This document shows positions 19,695-29,447 of a stretch of DNA of 64,000 nucleotides, in pieces (the first letter of the stretch is position 1; each line of letters opens with the position of its first letter). Position numbers and translations under genes: made by a program. The DNA is taken from the sequence record DRR723986_6897, one strand, 5' to 3'. The notes beneath the pieces were generated by a model. It had not been told where the DNA came from, made no database searches, and saw only the letters and a program-made list of their open reading frames with translations.

Positions 19695-21485
19695 ATGGAA
19701 GATCCTGACTTTCTAGACAGTGCTTTCATCTTTTTGGCGGCGGCGGTTATTGCGGTGCCGCTATTTAAGCGTATGGGGCTTGGCTCCATCCTTGGTTACT
19801 TGGCAGCGGGCATGGTTATTGGCCCGTGGGGTGCCGGGCTCATCCGTGACGTAGACTCCATCTTGCAATTCGCAGAAGTCGGCATTGCGCTATTAATGTT
19901 CCTGATTGGTCTTGAGCTGAAACCATCCACATTGTGGCAGCTTCGCCGCCGCTTGTTGGGGCTTGGCGGTGTGCAGGTGATGGGGTCAACCTTGGTTATC
20001 GCGGCGTTGGTTTGGATTAGTGGTGTTGATGCGATGCTAGCGTTGGCGATTGGATTGGCGCTTGCCATGTCGTCTACACCCATTGCTTTGCAAACACTGG
20101 AAGAAGGTGGGCAGGGCAAATCAGAGGTGGGCATTGCTGCTTTTTCCGTTCTTTTGTTTCAAGATTTGTCGATCATCCCCATTCTTGCGATCATCCCCAT
20201 TATCGCGATGGATGCCAGTACCGGTGAATTTGCCCTGTGGATGGAGTTGAAAATTGTTGGGGTTTTTGCCTTTTTCATGCTGTCCAGCCGTTTTTTACTG
20301 CGGCCGTTGTTTCGCTATATTGCGCTCACTGGACTGCGCGAGGTTTTCACAAGCTTTGCACTTTTGCTTGTAGTGGGCAGCGGTTTGCTGACTGAACTGG
20401 TGGGTGTTTCCATGGCCCTTGGTACCTTTATGGCAGGCGTGCTTTTGGCAGATTCGGAATACCGCCATGAAATGGAGCTGAATATTGAGCCCTTTAAAGG
20501 GTTGTTGATGGGTTTGTTTTTCATTGCGGTCGGTATGTCGGTTGACCTTTCGCTTTTGCTAGCCAACCCGATTGAAATTTTATCGCTGGTGGCTGCTTTG
20601 CTTGTCGCCAAATTTTTGGTGCTAATACTGGTTGGCCAGATTGCGGGGTTCTCTCGCAATGATACGGTGTATTTTGGCTTGTTGCTGGCGCCTGCTGGTG
20701 AATTTGCCTTTGTGTTGATCTCGTTGATGACGGCATCGGCGATGATGCCGAGTGATGTAGGGGCAAAGCTTTTGGTTGTTGCGTCTCTGTCTATGTTGAT
20801 GACACCGCTATTGATTTCTCTGCGTGACGTTATCATGCGCCGTTCAGCAAAAGCCGAGCAGCGAGAAAGCGACGTGGTGGCAAGTGAAGGCCACGTTATT
20901 ATTGCAGGATTTGGCCGCTTTGGTCAGATTATTGGTCGGCTTATGCTGTCGCTGAAAGTGCCGACCATTGTGGTGGATAGCAACCCCAACCATATCGAAA
21001 CCCTGCGGAAGTTTGGCTATAAGGTTTTTTACGGTGATGTAACCCGGCTTGACCTATTGGAGGCCGCTGGGGCCAAGGACGCCAGGCTATTGATTTTGGC
21101 AATGGATGACTCTGATGCAGTGTTGAAGGCTGCTGAGGTGGCGACAAAGCACTTCCCGAAATTGACCAAATTGGCGCGCGCCAGCACGCGCGGGGACATC
21201 AATAAACTGAAGCGTGCAGGCGTTAATCATGTTCGGCGCGAGTCTTTTAGTTCTGCCCTTGAAATTGGGGAGGCTGGGTTGCGCGAGCTCGGGTATCCGG
21301 CTCATGTTGCGCATCGCACGGCCGGAAGGTTCAGGCGCTATGATGAGATAGCCATTGAGCAAAGTGCCCTATATGCCGACGATGAAAAAGCGCAGATGGA
21401 TTATGCTCGGCGGTCCCACAAGGAATTGGAAAACCTGATGGGGCAGGATGCGGCGTCGAAATTCAGCAAAGATCAGGGCTGGTAG
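19695..21485 (+). CDS. Glutathione-regulated K+ efflux protein KefB/KefC (CPA2 + KTN)
   Basis: SEYRHEME..IEPFKGLLMGLFF; GFGRFGQ; FYGD. Confidence 0.93.
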   Translation: MEDPDFLDSAFIFLAAAVIAVPLFKRMGLGSILGYLAAGMVIGPWGAGLIRDVDSILQFAEVGIALLMFLIGLELKPSTLWQLRRRLLGLGGVQVMGSTLVIAALVWISGVDAMLALAIGLALAMSSTPIALQTLEEGGQGKSEVGIAAFSVLLFQDLSIIPILAIIPIIAMDASTGEFALWMELKIVGVFAFFMLSSRFLLRPLFRYIALTGLREVFTSFALLLVVGSGLLTELVGVSMALGTFMAGVLLADSEYRHEMELNIEPFKGLLMGLFFIAVGMSVDLSLLLANPIEILSLVAALLVAKFLVLILVGQIAGFSRNDTVYFGLLLAPAGEFAFVLISLMTASAMMPSDVGAKLLVVASLSMLMTPLLISLRDVIMRRSAKAEQRESDVVASEGHVIIAGFGRFGQIIGRLMLSLKVPTIVVDSNPNHIETLRKFGYKVFYGDVTRLDLLEAAGAKDARLLILAMDDSDAVLKAAEVATKHFPKLTKLARASTRGDINKLKRAGVNHVRRESFSSALEIGEAGLRELGYPAHVAHRTAGRFRRYDEIAIEQSALYADDEKAQMDYARRSHKELENLMGQDAASKFSKDQGW

Positions 21486-21506
21486 TCAAGTGGTCCAGGA
21501 GAAGAT

Positions 21507-21806
21507 ATGCGATCGGACATTAAGATACTGAAGGTTGCGGTGACCAAGAACGGTGCGCCTTTTCTTGATGGAAACTTTGAAGTGACACCGGAGAATTACG
21601 CTGCCGTATCAAAGTTGCTGGATGAGATAGATATGACCCGCGAACAGGCGGCGTCTATGCTCAGCGGTTATATGCATGCCCGTGATGTAGCACCGGTGAC
21701 AGAAGACATGGGCAAAATTGCCTTGATCGCGACGGTTTTCTTTTTGGAAGCAGGCGAGACGGATATTGTTATCCCGCTAAGTGAACAACAAGGACAAACA
21801 TCTTAG
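21507..21806 (+). CDS. Small hypothetical protein
   Basis: 99 aa with AGGAG RBS and genome-like codon usage. Confidence 0.65.
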   Translation: MRSDIKILKVAVTKNGAPFLDGNFEVTPENYAAVSKLLDEIDMTREQAASMLSGYMHARDVAPVTEDMGKIALIATVFFLEAGETDIVIPLSEQQGQTS

Positions 21807-22480
21807 AAAGGTGCAGGGGAATTGAAGGTGATAAACTCTTTTTTTTCCGGATGCATTACCGTTAGCGTTTCTGCATGAAGCTGTAGCCTGTCTGCTGCTT
21901 TGATCTCCGGCAGCGAGGCATAAAGGCCGTCCCCAAGAATTGCGTGACCTATTGCCAGCATATGAACCCTTAATTGGTGAGACCGCCCGGTGTGTGGGGT
22001 AAGCTGCACGCGCGTGGCTTTCATGCCGCTAGCGATAGGTTCTCTTTCCAGAACGCTCCAATGGGTTATGGCCTGCCGGCCTTTCTCATGGTCTACCATT
22101 TGTTTGGGGCGGTTGGGCCAGTCGCAAATCAAAGGCATATCAACGGTGCCGGATGCTTCTTCAATGTGCCCCGAAACTCTGGCCACATAGGTTTTTTTTG
22201 CATTGCGCTTTTCAAACTGAAAGCCCAGATGGCGTTGGGCTTGTTTGGTGCGCGCCATGATAAATACGCCGGAGGTTTCCATGTCCAGCCGGTGCACAAG
22301 CAAAGCGTTTGGGTCAGTTTTCATGGCCCGGCTTTCAAGACAGTCTGCATGCTCTGGGCGCTTGCCAGGCACTGACAGCAGCCCGCTTTGTTTGTTAAGG
22401 ACCAGCAAGGCCTCGTCCTGATATAATATATCGAGAAACGGTTCTGATGGCGGCTGATAATTTTCCAAAACTGTTGGCAC
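21803..22480 (-). CDS. rluA: RluA family pseudouridine synthase
   Basis: NKQSGLLSVPG, VHRLDMETSG, DWPNRP, TGRSHQLRVH, RLQLHA. Confidence 0.93.
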   Translation of the reverse strand: MPTVLENYQPPSEPFLDILYQDEALLVLNKQSGLLSVPGKRPEHADCLESRAMKTDPNALLVHRLDMETSGVFIMARTKQAQRHLGFQFEKRNAKKTYVARVSGHIEEASGTVDMPLICDWPNRPKQMVDHEKGRQAITHWSVLEREPIASGMKATRVQLTPHTGRSHQLRVHMLAIGHAILGDGLYASLPEIKAADRLQLHAETLTVMHPEKKEFITFNSPAPF

Positions 22481-22518
22481 TAGGGCTGCTCTGCTGCATT
22501 AAAATAAGGCACTATTAA

Positions 22519-23424
22519 TCACTCGAAGGCGTTTTCAATCTTTGTTGTTTCAAAGCTAAACCCGGCCTTTTGGGCCTTAACGGGCAATACTTTCTGCCCT
22601 TCTAGTAGCATTGGCGCCATGTCACCAACCAGTATTTTTAAGAATAGTCCCGGAACCCGCAGCCATCTGGGCCGTTTCAATTTTTTGGCCAAGGCGTTGA
22701 TGAAAATTTCCTGCGTAATCGGTGTCGGCGATGTTGCGTTCAAGGGACCTTCAATGTCTGGTTGGTTTGCCGCAAAAAGAATAAGTCGCACGATGTCATT
22801 GAGTGTAATCCAGCTCATCCATTGCTGACCATCACCAAGCTTTGAGCCCCCACCGAGTTTTGTAGACAGCATCAAGGGCTTTAGCATGCCGCCTTTAGGG
22901 TTCATGACAAGGCTGGTGCGCAAAAGCACCAGCCGCACACCTAGCGCCGTTGCGGGCGCTGCTGCCTGTTCCCAAGCATTACACAAGGCCGCCATTTCGT
23001 CGGGGCCAGCGGGGCTTTCTTCGGTAAAATTAGTTTCGAGGCTCATGCCATAAAAACCAATGGCGCTGCCACTGATCATGACTGCTGGTTTTGTTTGCAA
23101 CCTATGTAACAGCGCAATCAAATTGCGGGTTGTGCTGATGCGGCTGTCATGAAATGCCTGTTTGCGCTTTTTGGTCCACAAGCCACCAAACAGCGGTTCG
23201 CCTGCTAGGTTAATCACGCCGTCAATGGGCTCACTGGTGTCGATTTCATCGAGATTTTCGATAACTCTAACGTTTGGACCCAAAGTGATCTCGGCTTTCC
23301 GGGCGTTGCGGGAAAGAGCGATCACACGATGACTTTGTTTTTGTAGCTGTGCGATTAAGGCTTGGCCAATAAAGCCTGTGCCGCCCGTAATAAGCCAAGT
23401 GTTTATAGTCGGTTGATCAGTCAT
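22519..23424 (-). CDS. TIGR01777 family NAD-dependent oxidoreductase/epimerase
   Basis: ITGGTGFIG, INLAGE, SRI.TT, SAIGFYG, GDGQQWMSWI. Confidence 0.9.
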   Translation of the reverse strand: MTDQPTINTWLITGGTGFIGQALIAQLQKQSHRVIALSRNARKAEITLGPNVRVIENLDEIDTSEPIDGVINLAGEPLFGGLWTKKRKQAFHDSRISTTRNLIALLHRLQTKPAVMISGSAIGFYGMSLETNFTEESPAGPDEMAALCNAWEQAAAPATALGVRLVLLRTSLVMNPKGGMLKPLMLSTKLGGGSKLGDGQQWMSWITLNDIVRLILFAANQPDIEGPLNATSPTPITQEIFINALAKKLKRPRWLRVPGLFLKILVGDMAPMLLEGQKVLPVKAQKAGFSFETTKIENAFE

Positions 23425-23530
23425 AAAGGCACTCAATAATTGTTGTGGTGATTATAACGGCGAATTTAAGAAACAATCTCTTCATCGTCGATGCGGCATT
23501 CCGTCCATCTGGTGTGGCTGCATGACGGAC

Positions 23531-23561
23531 AAAAAAAGCCCCGGCAGTTGCCGGAGCTTTT
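23531..23561 (-). terminator. Rho-independent terminator of the cold-shock gene
   Basis: Minus strand reads aaaagctccggcaactgccggggcttttttt. Confidence 0.85.
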
Positions 23562-23606
23562 CGGTACTCAGTATGCTCCGGGAAAACCGGAAGCCATAAT
23601 GCAATA

Positions 23607-23816
23607 CTAGTCGAGTGTTTTCAGGTTTGAAGCTGAAGAGCGACCGCGACGGTCAGGCTCGATGTCGTATGATACTTTTTGGTTGTCGTTCAGTGAACGC
23701 AGACCAGCTGCTTCAACAGCTGAGATGTGTACAAAAACGTCGTTGCCGCCTTCATCAGGTTGGATAAAGCCAAAACCTTTGGTGGCGTTAAACCATTTTA
23801 CTGTACCGTTAGCCAT
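23607..23816 (-). CDS. cspA: Cold-shock protein
   Basis: [15 protein letters not shown] (RNP1), DVFVHISA (RNP2); paralogue identity uncertain. Confidence 0.95.
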   Translation of the reverse strand: MANGTVKWFNATKGFGFIQPDEGGNDVFVHISAVEAAGLRSLNDNQKVSYDIEPDRRGRSSASNLKTLD

Positions 23817-24127
23817 GTTGTAGTTCCTTTCGCGCGATGTCAGATGTGGTGCGGTGGTGTTCGCGCAAAAGCCAGATCAGAGCAGTCGCAGGGTCAAAAT
23901 TATGAACCCAAAATTGGGTCCCTTAACCTGCATAGTTCAGTGCCAACAAAAGTTAGCGAAATTGCAGTAGGGCGACTGTTATCAGCCTTTCTGATCAATT
24001 GGAAAAAAAAACGACACAGATATTTAAGGGATGTATTTTTCTCGAAAAGGGTGTGTTTTCAGGCAACACTTGGTTTTTGGGCGTTTTGCGTTCTGTTATA
24101 AAGAGAATACAGACGTGAAAACTGGAC

Positions 24128-26791
24128 TTAAGAAAACGATGCTAGGCATGAGCGTACTTCGTCAATTTTAACCGGTTTGGTCAAAAACACATCAATACCG
24201 GACTGCTCGCTTTTCTCTTTTGCTTCTTCCATCGCATCAGCCGACAGTGCAATGATAGGAACTTCGCCGCCCTTTTCTCTCAATGCCCTAATTTCAGAAG
24301 CCAACCTGTAGCCATCCATGCGGGGCATACGTAGATCGGTGAGAACTATTTTATGAACGTCCGGATTATACATCTCAAGTGCGATGACACCGTCGTCTGC
24401 GGTGTCCCAAGTATAGCCCAATGATTCCAATATCTTACCAATAACAATTTGGTTAATTTTATTGTCTTCAACCACCAGAATATGCGCGTTTTCACTCTTT
24501 AGATCGGTGGGCTGTTCGCCGGGTGTTTTACTGGTTGCCATCTCAGACAAAACAGGGTCTTCCGCCGCCAAAACAAATGGCACAGTCAGGGAGAAAGTGG
24601 ACCCTTTGCCCACTTTACTGTCAACCGCAATGTTACCGCCCATAAGGTCCGCTAAACGCCGACAAATGGAAAGCCCTAAGCCGGTGCCACCATATTGCCG
24701 CGCGATGGATGAATCTGCTTGTTCAAACGGCTGAAACAGACGGTTCATAATTTTGGAATTGATGCCAATGCCTGTGTCTGTAATGGCAATTCTGACTGTA
24801 CAAGGCTGACCAGCAGGCATTTTTTCACACGTGGCAATCAGCTTAACGGAGCCTTTTTCGGTAAATTTTAGAGCGTTGCTGAGCAGATTATACATAATTT
24901 GTCGAATTCGATTCGAATCGCCGATCACCATCTGGGGCAAGTCATCTGCTAAATCAACCGAAAGCGACACGTTCTTTTGTTTAAACCCTTGCGCCAGCAG
25001 GTTGGTAACACCGGTTAAAACTGACGGCAGGTCAAATTGATGGTTATTAATTTGTAGTTTTCCCGCTTCAATTTTGGATAGGTCGAGGACGTCGTCCAGA
25101 ATTGTTAGCAGTGTACCTGCCGATTGATTGATGATGGTCACCAGCTGGTTTTGCTCATCATCCAGTTTGCTTCTCTCAAGCATTTCACCCACCGAGATAA
25201 TCCCGTTCATGGGAGAGCGAATTTCATGGCTCATCATCGCAAGGAAGTTGGATTTGGCCTGTGCGGCTGCCTCAGCTCGGCGTCGGGCATCTTCCAGCGT
25301 GTGCTCCACCTGCACTTGTTTGGTTGTGTCGACCACGATGATCTGTCGTGCTTGCTGACCATGCCATTCAACAGTATTGCTGGTCATGTTAAACCAGCGC
25401 ACGCCGTCCTTGCTGGTTTCAGTTATGGCGTGGCGCGCCACTGAGAGAACGCCGCCCAGTCCTTGTTCGTCAAAAAGAAGCGAGGGAAACATTGCCAAAA
25501 TGGCTTTGTTTGCTTCTGCTGTGCCGCATTCAGGCCATAACAGGGCAAAGGCGTCATTGTGATATAAAATTTCTGTACCCGCAGCGATGCACATAGCTTG
25601 CGGTGACAGGCGGATAACGGCATTGGTTTGCTCGGCGCTTCGTAGTATTTGCTTTTGCCTGTTATCAATTTCATCAACAAAAGTTTGTACGGCTTTCCCA
25701 ATTTCTGCCACTTCATCGTGACCATCAATTGTTAGTGACTGGCTGCCGCCAGCCGCCCGGCCAATTACAGCATCTCGTAGCGATACAAGGCGGGCCAGAA
25801 CTCGTCGTTCAATGAAGAAAAAACCAATCATGGCAATAACCAACGCAACAGCTACACTAATAACCAAAGCAACAAGTTGCTGCTGGCTTTGTTTCACTAG
25901 GTTTTGGGCAGTGGTTTGGGCCTCGTTACTTTTTTGTGTGGCGAGGCTGTCGGTTTTTCGTAAAAGCTCAGCTACCAGAACCCGCATTTGGCGTTCTAGC
26001 GCACGAGACCGAGCATCAGCTCGGTTCAAATTTCGCAGGGTTTCAACCAAACCAACATTGCCGTTAAGCATAGCCTCTAGATTTCCTAGCCTATCAAGCG
26101 TGAGGCGTTGTTCGCTCTGGGGCAGCGTCGAAACTGCTTGGGTTAATCTGTTTAACGCCTGAGTCATGCTGGGAATTTGCCGCTGCTGGTTGCGTACATC
26201 ACTGCTGGTAGACAGCGCCGTAACTTGTTGAATCAGGCTGCGCTCCAAACTCATCCAGTTTTCAAGTGATTGACTTTGATGCGACACTGTATCTTGCTGG
26301 TCGTGGGTTAGCTCTATAACAACCCAGTCGCCCAACTGGCTGTGTAAAGCTTGAAGTCGATTTGAAAAATCAATTTTATTTTCAATAAGGTTGTTCAGAT
26401 CACTGGTTGTCTCGGACAGAATAGCCAGAACAGTGCGAATTTCTTCCACGTCCAAGAGCGTTTCACGCGACGCCAGGAGGTTGTTGATGCCAGCAATCGA
26501 ATCCTGGGTTGCGGTATGAGCGATCCGCCGTCTGGCCTGAACGTTACTGTTTACCAGTTGCTCAGTGTTTTGGACAATTTTTTCCAGGGAAGAGTTGAGG
26601 TCGATGGAGGCTGCAAGGGCTGGTAGAGTCTGATCCGAATAGTCAATTACCTGATCACGAAATTGCTGTAAAATGAAGAATGACAATGCGGCAACGGTCA
26701 TCATCAACGCAACCAAAGCCACAACCACGGCCTTAATTTTAAAGCCTAGCCCTAGATTGCCTCTCGTTAATTTGGCACTGCCTTTAGTCAT
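24128..26791 (-). CDS. Hybrid sensor histidine kinase (TM-periplasmic helical sensor-TM-HAMP-PAS-like-HisKA-HATPase-REC)
   Basis: FLAMMSHEIRSPMNG, NLLSNALKFT, DTGIG, GGTGLGL, REC VEDN..D..K; start at MTKGSAK overlapping the upstream stop. Confidence 0.93.
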   Translation of the reverse strand: MTKGSAKLTRGNLGLGFKIKAVVVALVALMMTVAALSFFILQQFRDQVIDYSDQTLPALAASIDLNSSLEKIVQNTEQLVNSNVQARRRIAHTATQDSIAGINNLLASRETLLDVEEIRTVLAILSETTSDLNNLIENKIDFSNRLQALHSQLGDWVVIELTHDQQDTVSHQSQSLENWMSLERSLIQQVTALSTSSDVRNQQRQIPSMTQALNRLTQAVSTLPQSEQRLTLDRLGNLEAMLNGNVGLVETLRNLNRADARSRALERQMRVLVAELLRKTDSLATQKSNEAQTTAQNLVKQSQQQLVALVISVAVALVIAMIGFFFIERRVLARLVSLRDAVIGRAAGGSQSLTIDGHDEVAEIGKAVQTFVDEIDNRQKQILRSAEQTNAVIRLSPQAMCIAAGTEILYHNDAFALLWPECGTAEANKAILAMFPSLLFDEQGLGGVLSVARHAITETSKDGVRWFNMTSNTVEWHGQQARQIIVVDTTKQVQVEHTLEDARRRAEAAAQAKSNFLAMMSHEIRSPMNGIISVGEMLERSKLDDEQNQLVTIINQSAGTLLTILDDVLDLSKIEAGKLQINNHQFDLPSVLTGVTNLLAQGFKQKNVSLSVDLADDLPQMVIGDSNRIRQIMYNLLSNALKFTEKGSVKLIATCEKMPAGQPCTVRIAITDTGIGINSKIMNRLFQPFEQADSSIARQYGGTGLGLSICRRLADLMGGNIAVDSKVGKGSTFSLTVPFVLAAEDPVLSEMATSKTPGEQPTDLKSENAHILVVEDNKINQIVIGKILESLGYTWDTADDGVIALEMYNPDVHKIVLTDLRMPRMDGYRLASEIRALREKGGEVPIIALSADAMEEAKEKSEQSGIDVFLTKPVKIDEVRSCLASFS

Positions 26792-28343
26792 CGCCCGCCG
26801 TCCAGTTGAAGGTATTGCTTGCGCTGTTTTGGTTTGCGGCGATATCCTGAATTCGGCCTTCCAACACAGGGGCAACAGTGCCCAATTGCTCAATATGTTC
26901 GACCACGACGGTCCAGATAATTCGGTTTGTGCCGTTGCTGAAAAGCTTTTCGGCTTTGCCAAGGCGTTCAAACCCATCATTGCCGCCCGCCATAAAGTCG
27001 CTGGTAGCCACGTTATATAGCTTTTGTGGCTGCAAGGGGGCGCCGTCAACCATAACGCTAACGATCCGGTTGCCCTTTGTTTCGCGGCTGTCGAGTGTAA
27101 CCTGAAGGTTAGATACATGTGTGTAGCAGCCGTTAACTTGCATGCCGCATTCAATGCCGTGCTCCAGCGTGGCTTGAATATCTGCGCCGCTCAGGCGCAC
27201 CAGTGCGGTTCGTCCACCAAAAGGTAGTTCGCGCTGAATATCGCCGCGGCTGATTTTGTGGCCAACAGCATAGTTCACATTGCCCCGAATTGTGCCGCCG
27301 TTCAGCAAGGCTATGTCAGCGGACACTGCTTGTCTGATGGCGTCGGTGATTAAATTAGCGAAAGCATTTTCTTTGCTGCGGATATTTTGGCGCAGAGTAT
27401 CGAAAGGTATAGAGACTGTTGCTATCGCTGGGCCCAGAAGTTGGTCAAGGCGGGTGCGATAATTCTTGATCGTGGTGGTTACCTCAGAGTCTGGCTGATA
27501 GTCCGACAAGGGCAATAACTCAGCACTACTACGCAGTTTTTGTGTGCCATCTGCGCCGGGTTCCTGCCATAAATCAACTGCGATTATTTTACCGTCCAAT
27601 GCGCCTTCGGTTAGCAAAGTGCCTTGATAGTCCAGTGACTGCGGATTACCGAAATTATGGGTGTAGAATATAATGTCGACTGTGCCGTCAGCCCGCACGG
27701 TGCTTAAATCATCAAAATCCGTGTCAGCCAATAAAACAACGGCGTTTGCGCCTTCCTGACGCAACTGTTTGGCGGCAGCTTTGGTGGCGGTGATGGTCTC
27801 AATTAGTTCCGCTTGTGTAGCGCCGTATTCTGTAATTGCGTTGGCGGAGGTTAAGGCGATAACGCCAATAGAAAGCCCCCCCGCATTGAGCATGTAGGTT
27901 GGGTAGGTAGCATCAATAATGCCGCCAGTTCGGGCATCTTGCAGGTTGCTTGTGACAAGAGGAAAGGATGCGGATAAAGCGTTCAGGATGAAATTATCAT
28001 ACCCATAGGAAAATTCGCGCTTGCCTATTGCCATGACATCGGGGTTAAGCCCATTGATGATATCAATCATATGAGCGCCGTTATCCATGGCCCCAAACAC
28101 TGATGGACCCAACGATGCACCGCCGTGAATGAACAAGATGTTCGGGTTTTTGGCTCTTTCCATGCGTATGGCCGTGGCCAATTCACTAAGCCCTGGCTGG
28201 CTTTCTGGTTGCATGATTTCCGGGAAGGACGAAAAATATAAAATACGTGTTTTAGTGCCGTCGGCGAACGCGCCAGGCGCAACGAGCGAGCTAACTATGA
28301 CCCATAGGACAGATAGCCAACTAAGGCCTATTTTTGCGCGCAT
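26784..28343 (-). CDS. Exported 5'-nucleotidase homologue lacking metal/catalytic residues
   Basis: Signal peptide ending AFA; metallophosphoesterase fold remnants; intact 5_nucleotid_C motifs NGGTIRG, LPFG, SDFMAGGNDGF; GGAG RBS before MRAK. Confidence 0.88.
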   Translation of the reverse strand: MRAKIGLSWLSVLWVIVSSLVAPGAFADGTKTRILYFSSFPEIMQPESQPGLSELATAIRMERAKNPNILFIHGGASLGPSVFGAMDNGAHMIDIINGLNPDVMAIGKREFSYGYDNFILNALSASFPLVTSNLQDARTGGIIDATYPTYMLNAGGLSIGVIALTSANAITEYGATQAELIETITATKAAAKQLRQEGANAVVLLADTDFDDLSTVRADGTVDIIFYTHNFGNPQSLDYQGTLLTEGALDGKIIAVDLWQEPGADGTQKLRSSAELLPLSDYQPDSEVTTTIKNYRTRLDQLLGPAIATVSIPFDTLRQNIRSKENAFANLITDAIRQAVSADIALLNGGTIRGNVNYAVGHKISRGDIQRELPFGGRTALVRLSGADIQATLEHGIECGMQVNGCYTHVSNLQVTLDSRETKGNRIVSVMVDGAPLQPQKLYNVATSDFMAGGNDGFERLGKAEKLFSNGTNRIIWTVVVEHIEQLGTVAPVLEGRIQDIAANQNSASNTFNWTAGDD

Positions 28344-28370
28344 TCTATTCTCCAGTCCCACATTCTGTTT

Positions 28371-28399
28371 TTAACCATAAGGGGTTAACTATTGTTTAA
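28371..28399 (-). promoter_or_regulatory. CtrA-type box TTAA-N7-TTAAC plus TTAACCAT site
   Basis: Minus strand TTAAACAATAGTTAAC at 28399-28384; plus strand TTAACCAT at 28371-28378. Confidence 0.6.
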
Positions 28400-28556
28400 A
28401 CAGTTTCATCTCACTTTATTGTAAGCGCAGGGCATGAAAAACGGTAATTGTTATGTTTAGAGTAACCTTTTTTGATTTGATTTCTAGGTGAAACTTTTGA
28501 TTTTGCTGGGTCTGGCTAACCAAAAACACCAAACAGGTGTAGCAGGTGCGCTACGG

Positions 28557-29447
28557 CTAAGGTTTCTTCAGTAAATGAAATGCCAGTCCAGACCAGTCAA
28601 TGGGGTCTGCTGTGCTGGCTTGGGTTGCCTGCATATGGTTTTTAAGGCCTGTAGCCAGAAAGAAGTTAGGGTTGTCATTGGTTAGGCCGGTGAAGTAACC
28701 GATATCTTTTTGGGCCAATTGCAGGTTAAATAAAGCTGGTTTGAACTTTTGGTTGGTGATCAATTGGCCAAACAAACCCGTTAGAGCGCTTCCTGCCGGG
28801 CTATTTGCCAGCACGTTTAAAAAATCATCCATGCCAACCTGTTGCTGTTCTAGCGTAGATGCAATTTCCGTTAAGCCGCCAATGGTGATGGCGATAAAAT
28901 AATTCATCGCCAATTTTATGGTGGCGGAACGTTCAGGAGCCGTGCCTAAATAGCGCGAGTTGCTACCCAGTGCACTAAAGAGAGGTTCGGCAGCATCTGC
29001 GGATGCCTGATCGCCTGCAATAAGGTAAGTGGCAATGCCTTTGGCCACTACATCCGGGCGTCCAAGAACAGGACAGTTGAGAAAAACCATGTCATGGGCG
29101 TGCGCCCGTTTCGCTGCCATTTGCACCGCGTTCGGCGTGCAACTACTAAAGGAGAGGTGGACCAATGGGGTTTTGGTTGATCGTACTAAAGCCGTATTGA
29201 CCTGTTGCATGGCAGCATCGTCAGAAACACAGGAAAGCACCCAGTCGCTTCGCTGGCAGAGCTGATCAAGCGATACGCACGGTGTTGCGCCCTGTGATGC
29301 AAGGCTTTTCATTTTGTCAGGAGATCTGTTCCATATGGCAAGGGCGATCTTTTCTGACATAAGCCTTTTCGCAATAGATGACCCCAATGACCCCAGCCCG
29401 ACAAAACCGAGCTGGGGGATTGATGAAGAGGGTGCGGCAATGCTCAT
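28557..29447 (-). CDS. NAD(P)-dependent beta-hydroxyacid dehydrogenase family protein
   Basis: GFVGLGSLG, WNRS, PVLG, catalytic K in IKLAMN. Confidence 0.85.
   Translation of the reverse strand: MSIAAPSSSIPQLGFVGLGSLGSSIAKRLMSEKIALAIWNRSPDKMKSLASQGATPCVSLDQLCQRSDWVLSCVSDDAAMQQVNTALVRSTKTPLVHLSFSSCTPNAVQMAAKRAHAHDMVFLNCPVLGRPDVVAKGIATYLIAGDQASADAAEPLFSALGSNSRYLGTAPERSATIKLAMNYFIAITIGGLTEIASTLEQQQVGMDDFLNVLANSPAGSALTGLFGQLITNQKFKPALFNLQLAQKDIGYFTGLTNDNPNFFLATGLKNHMQATQASTADPIDWSGLAFHLLKKP

Noticed and set aside
26792-27154. 120-aa N-terminal extension of the kinase ORF
   Set aside because: Lies inside the nucleotidase-like CDS; the ATG at 26791 with stop overlap and a following TM is more plausible
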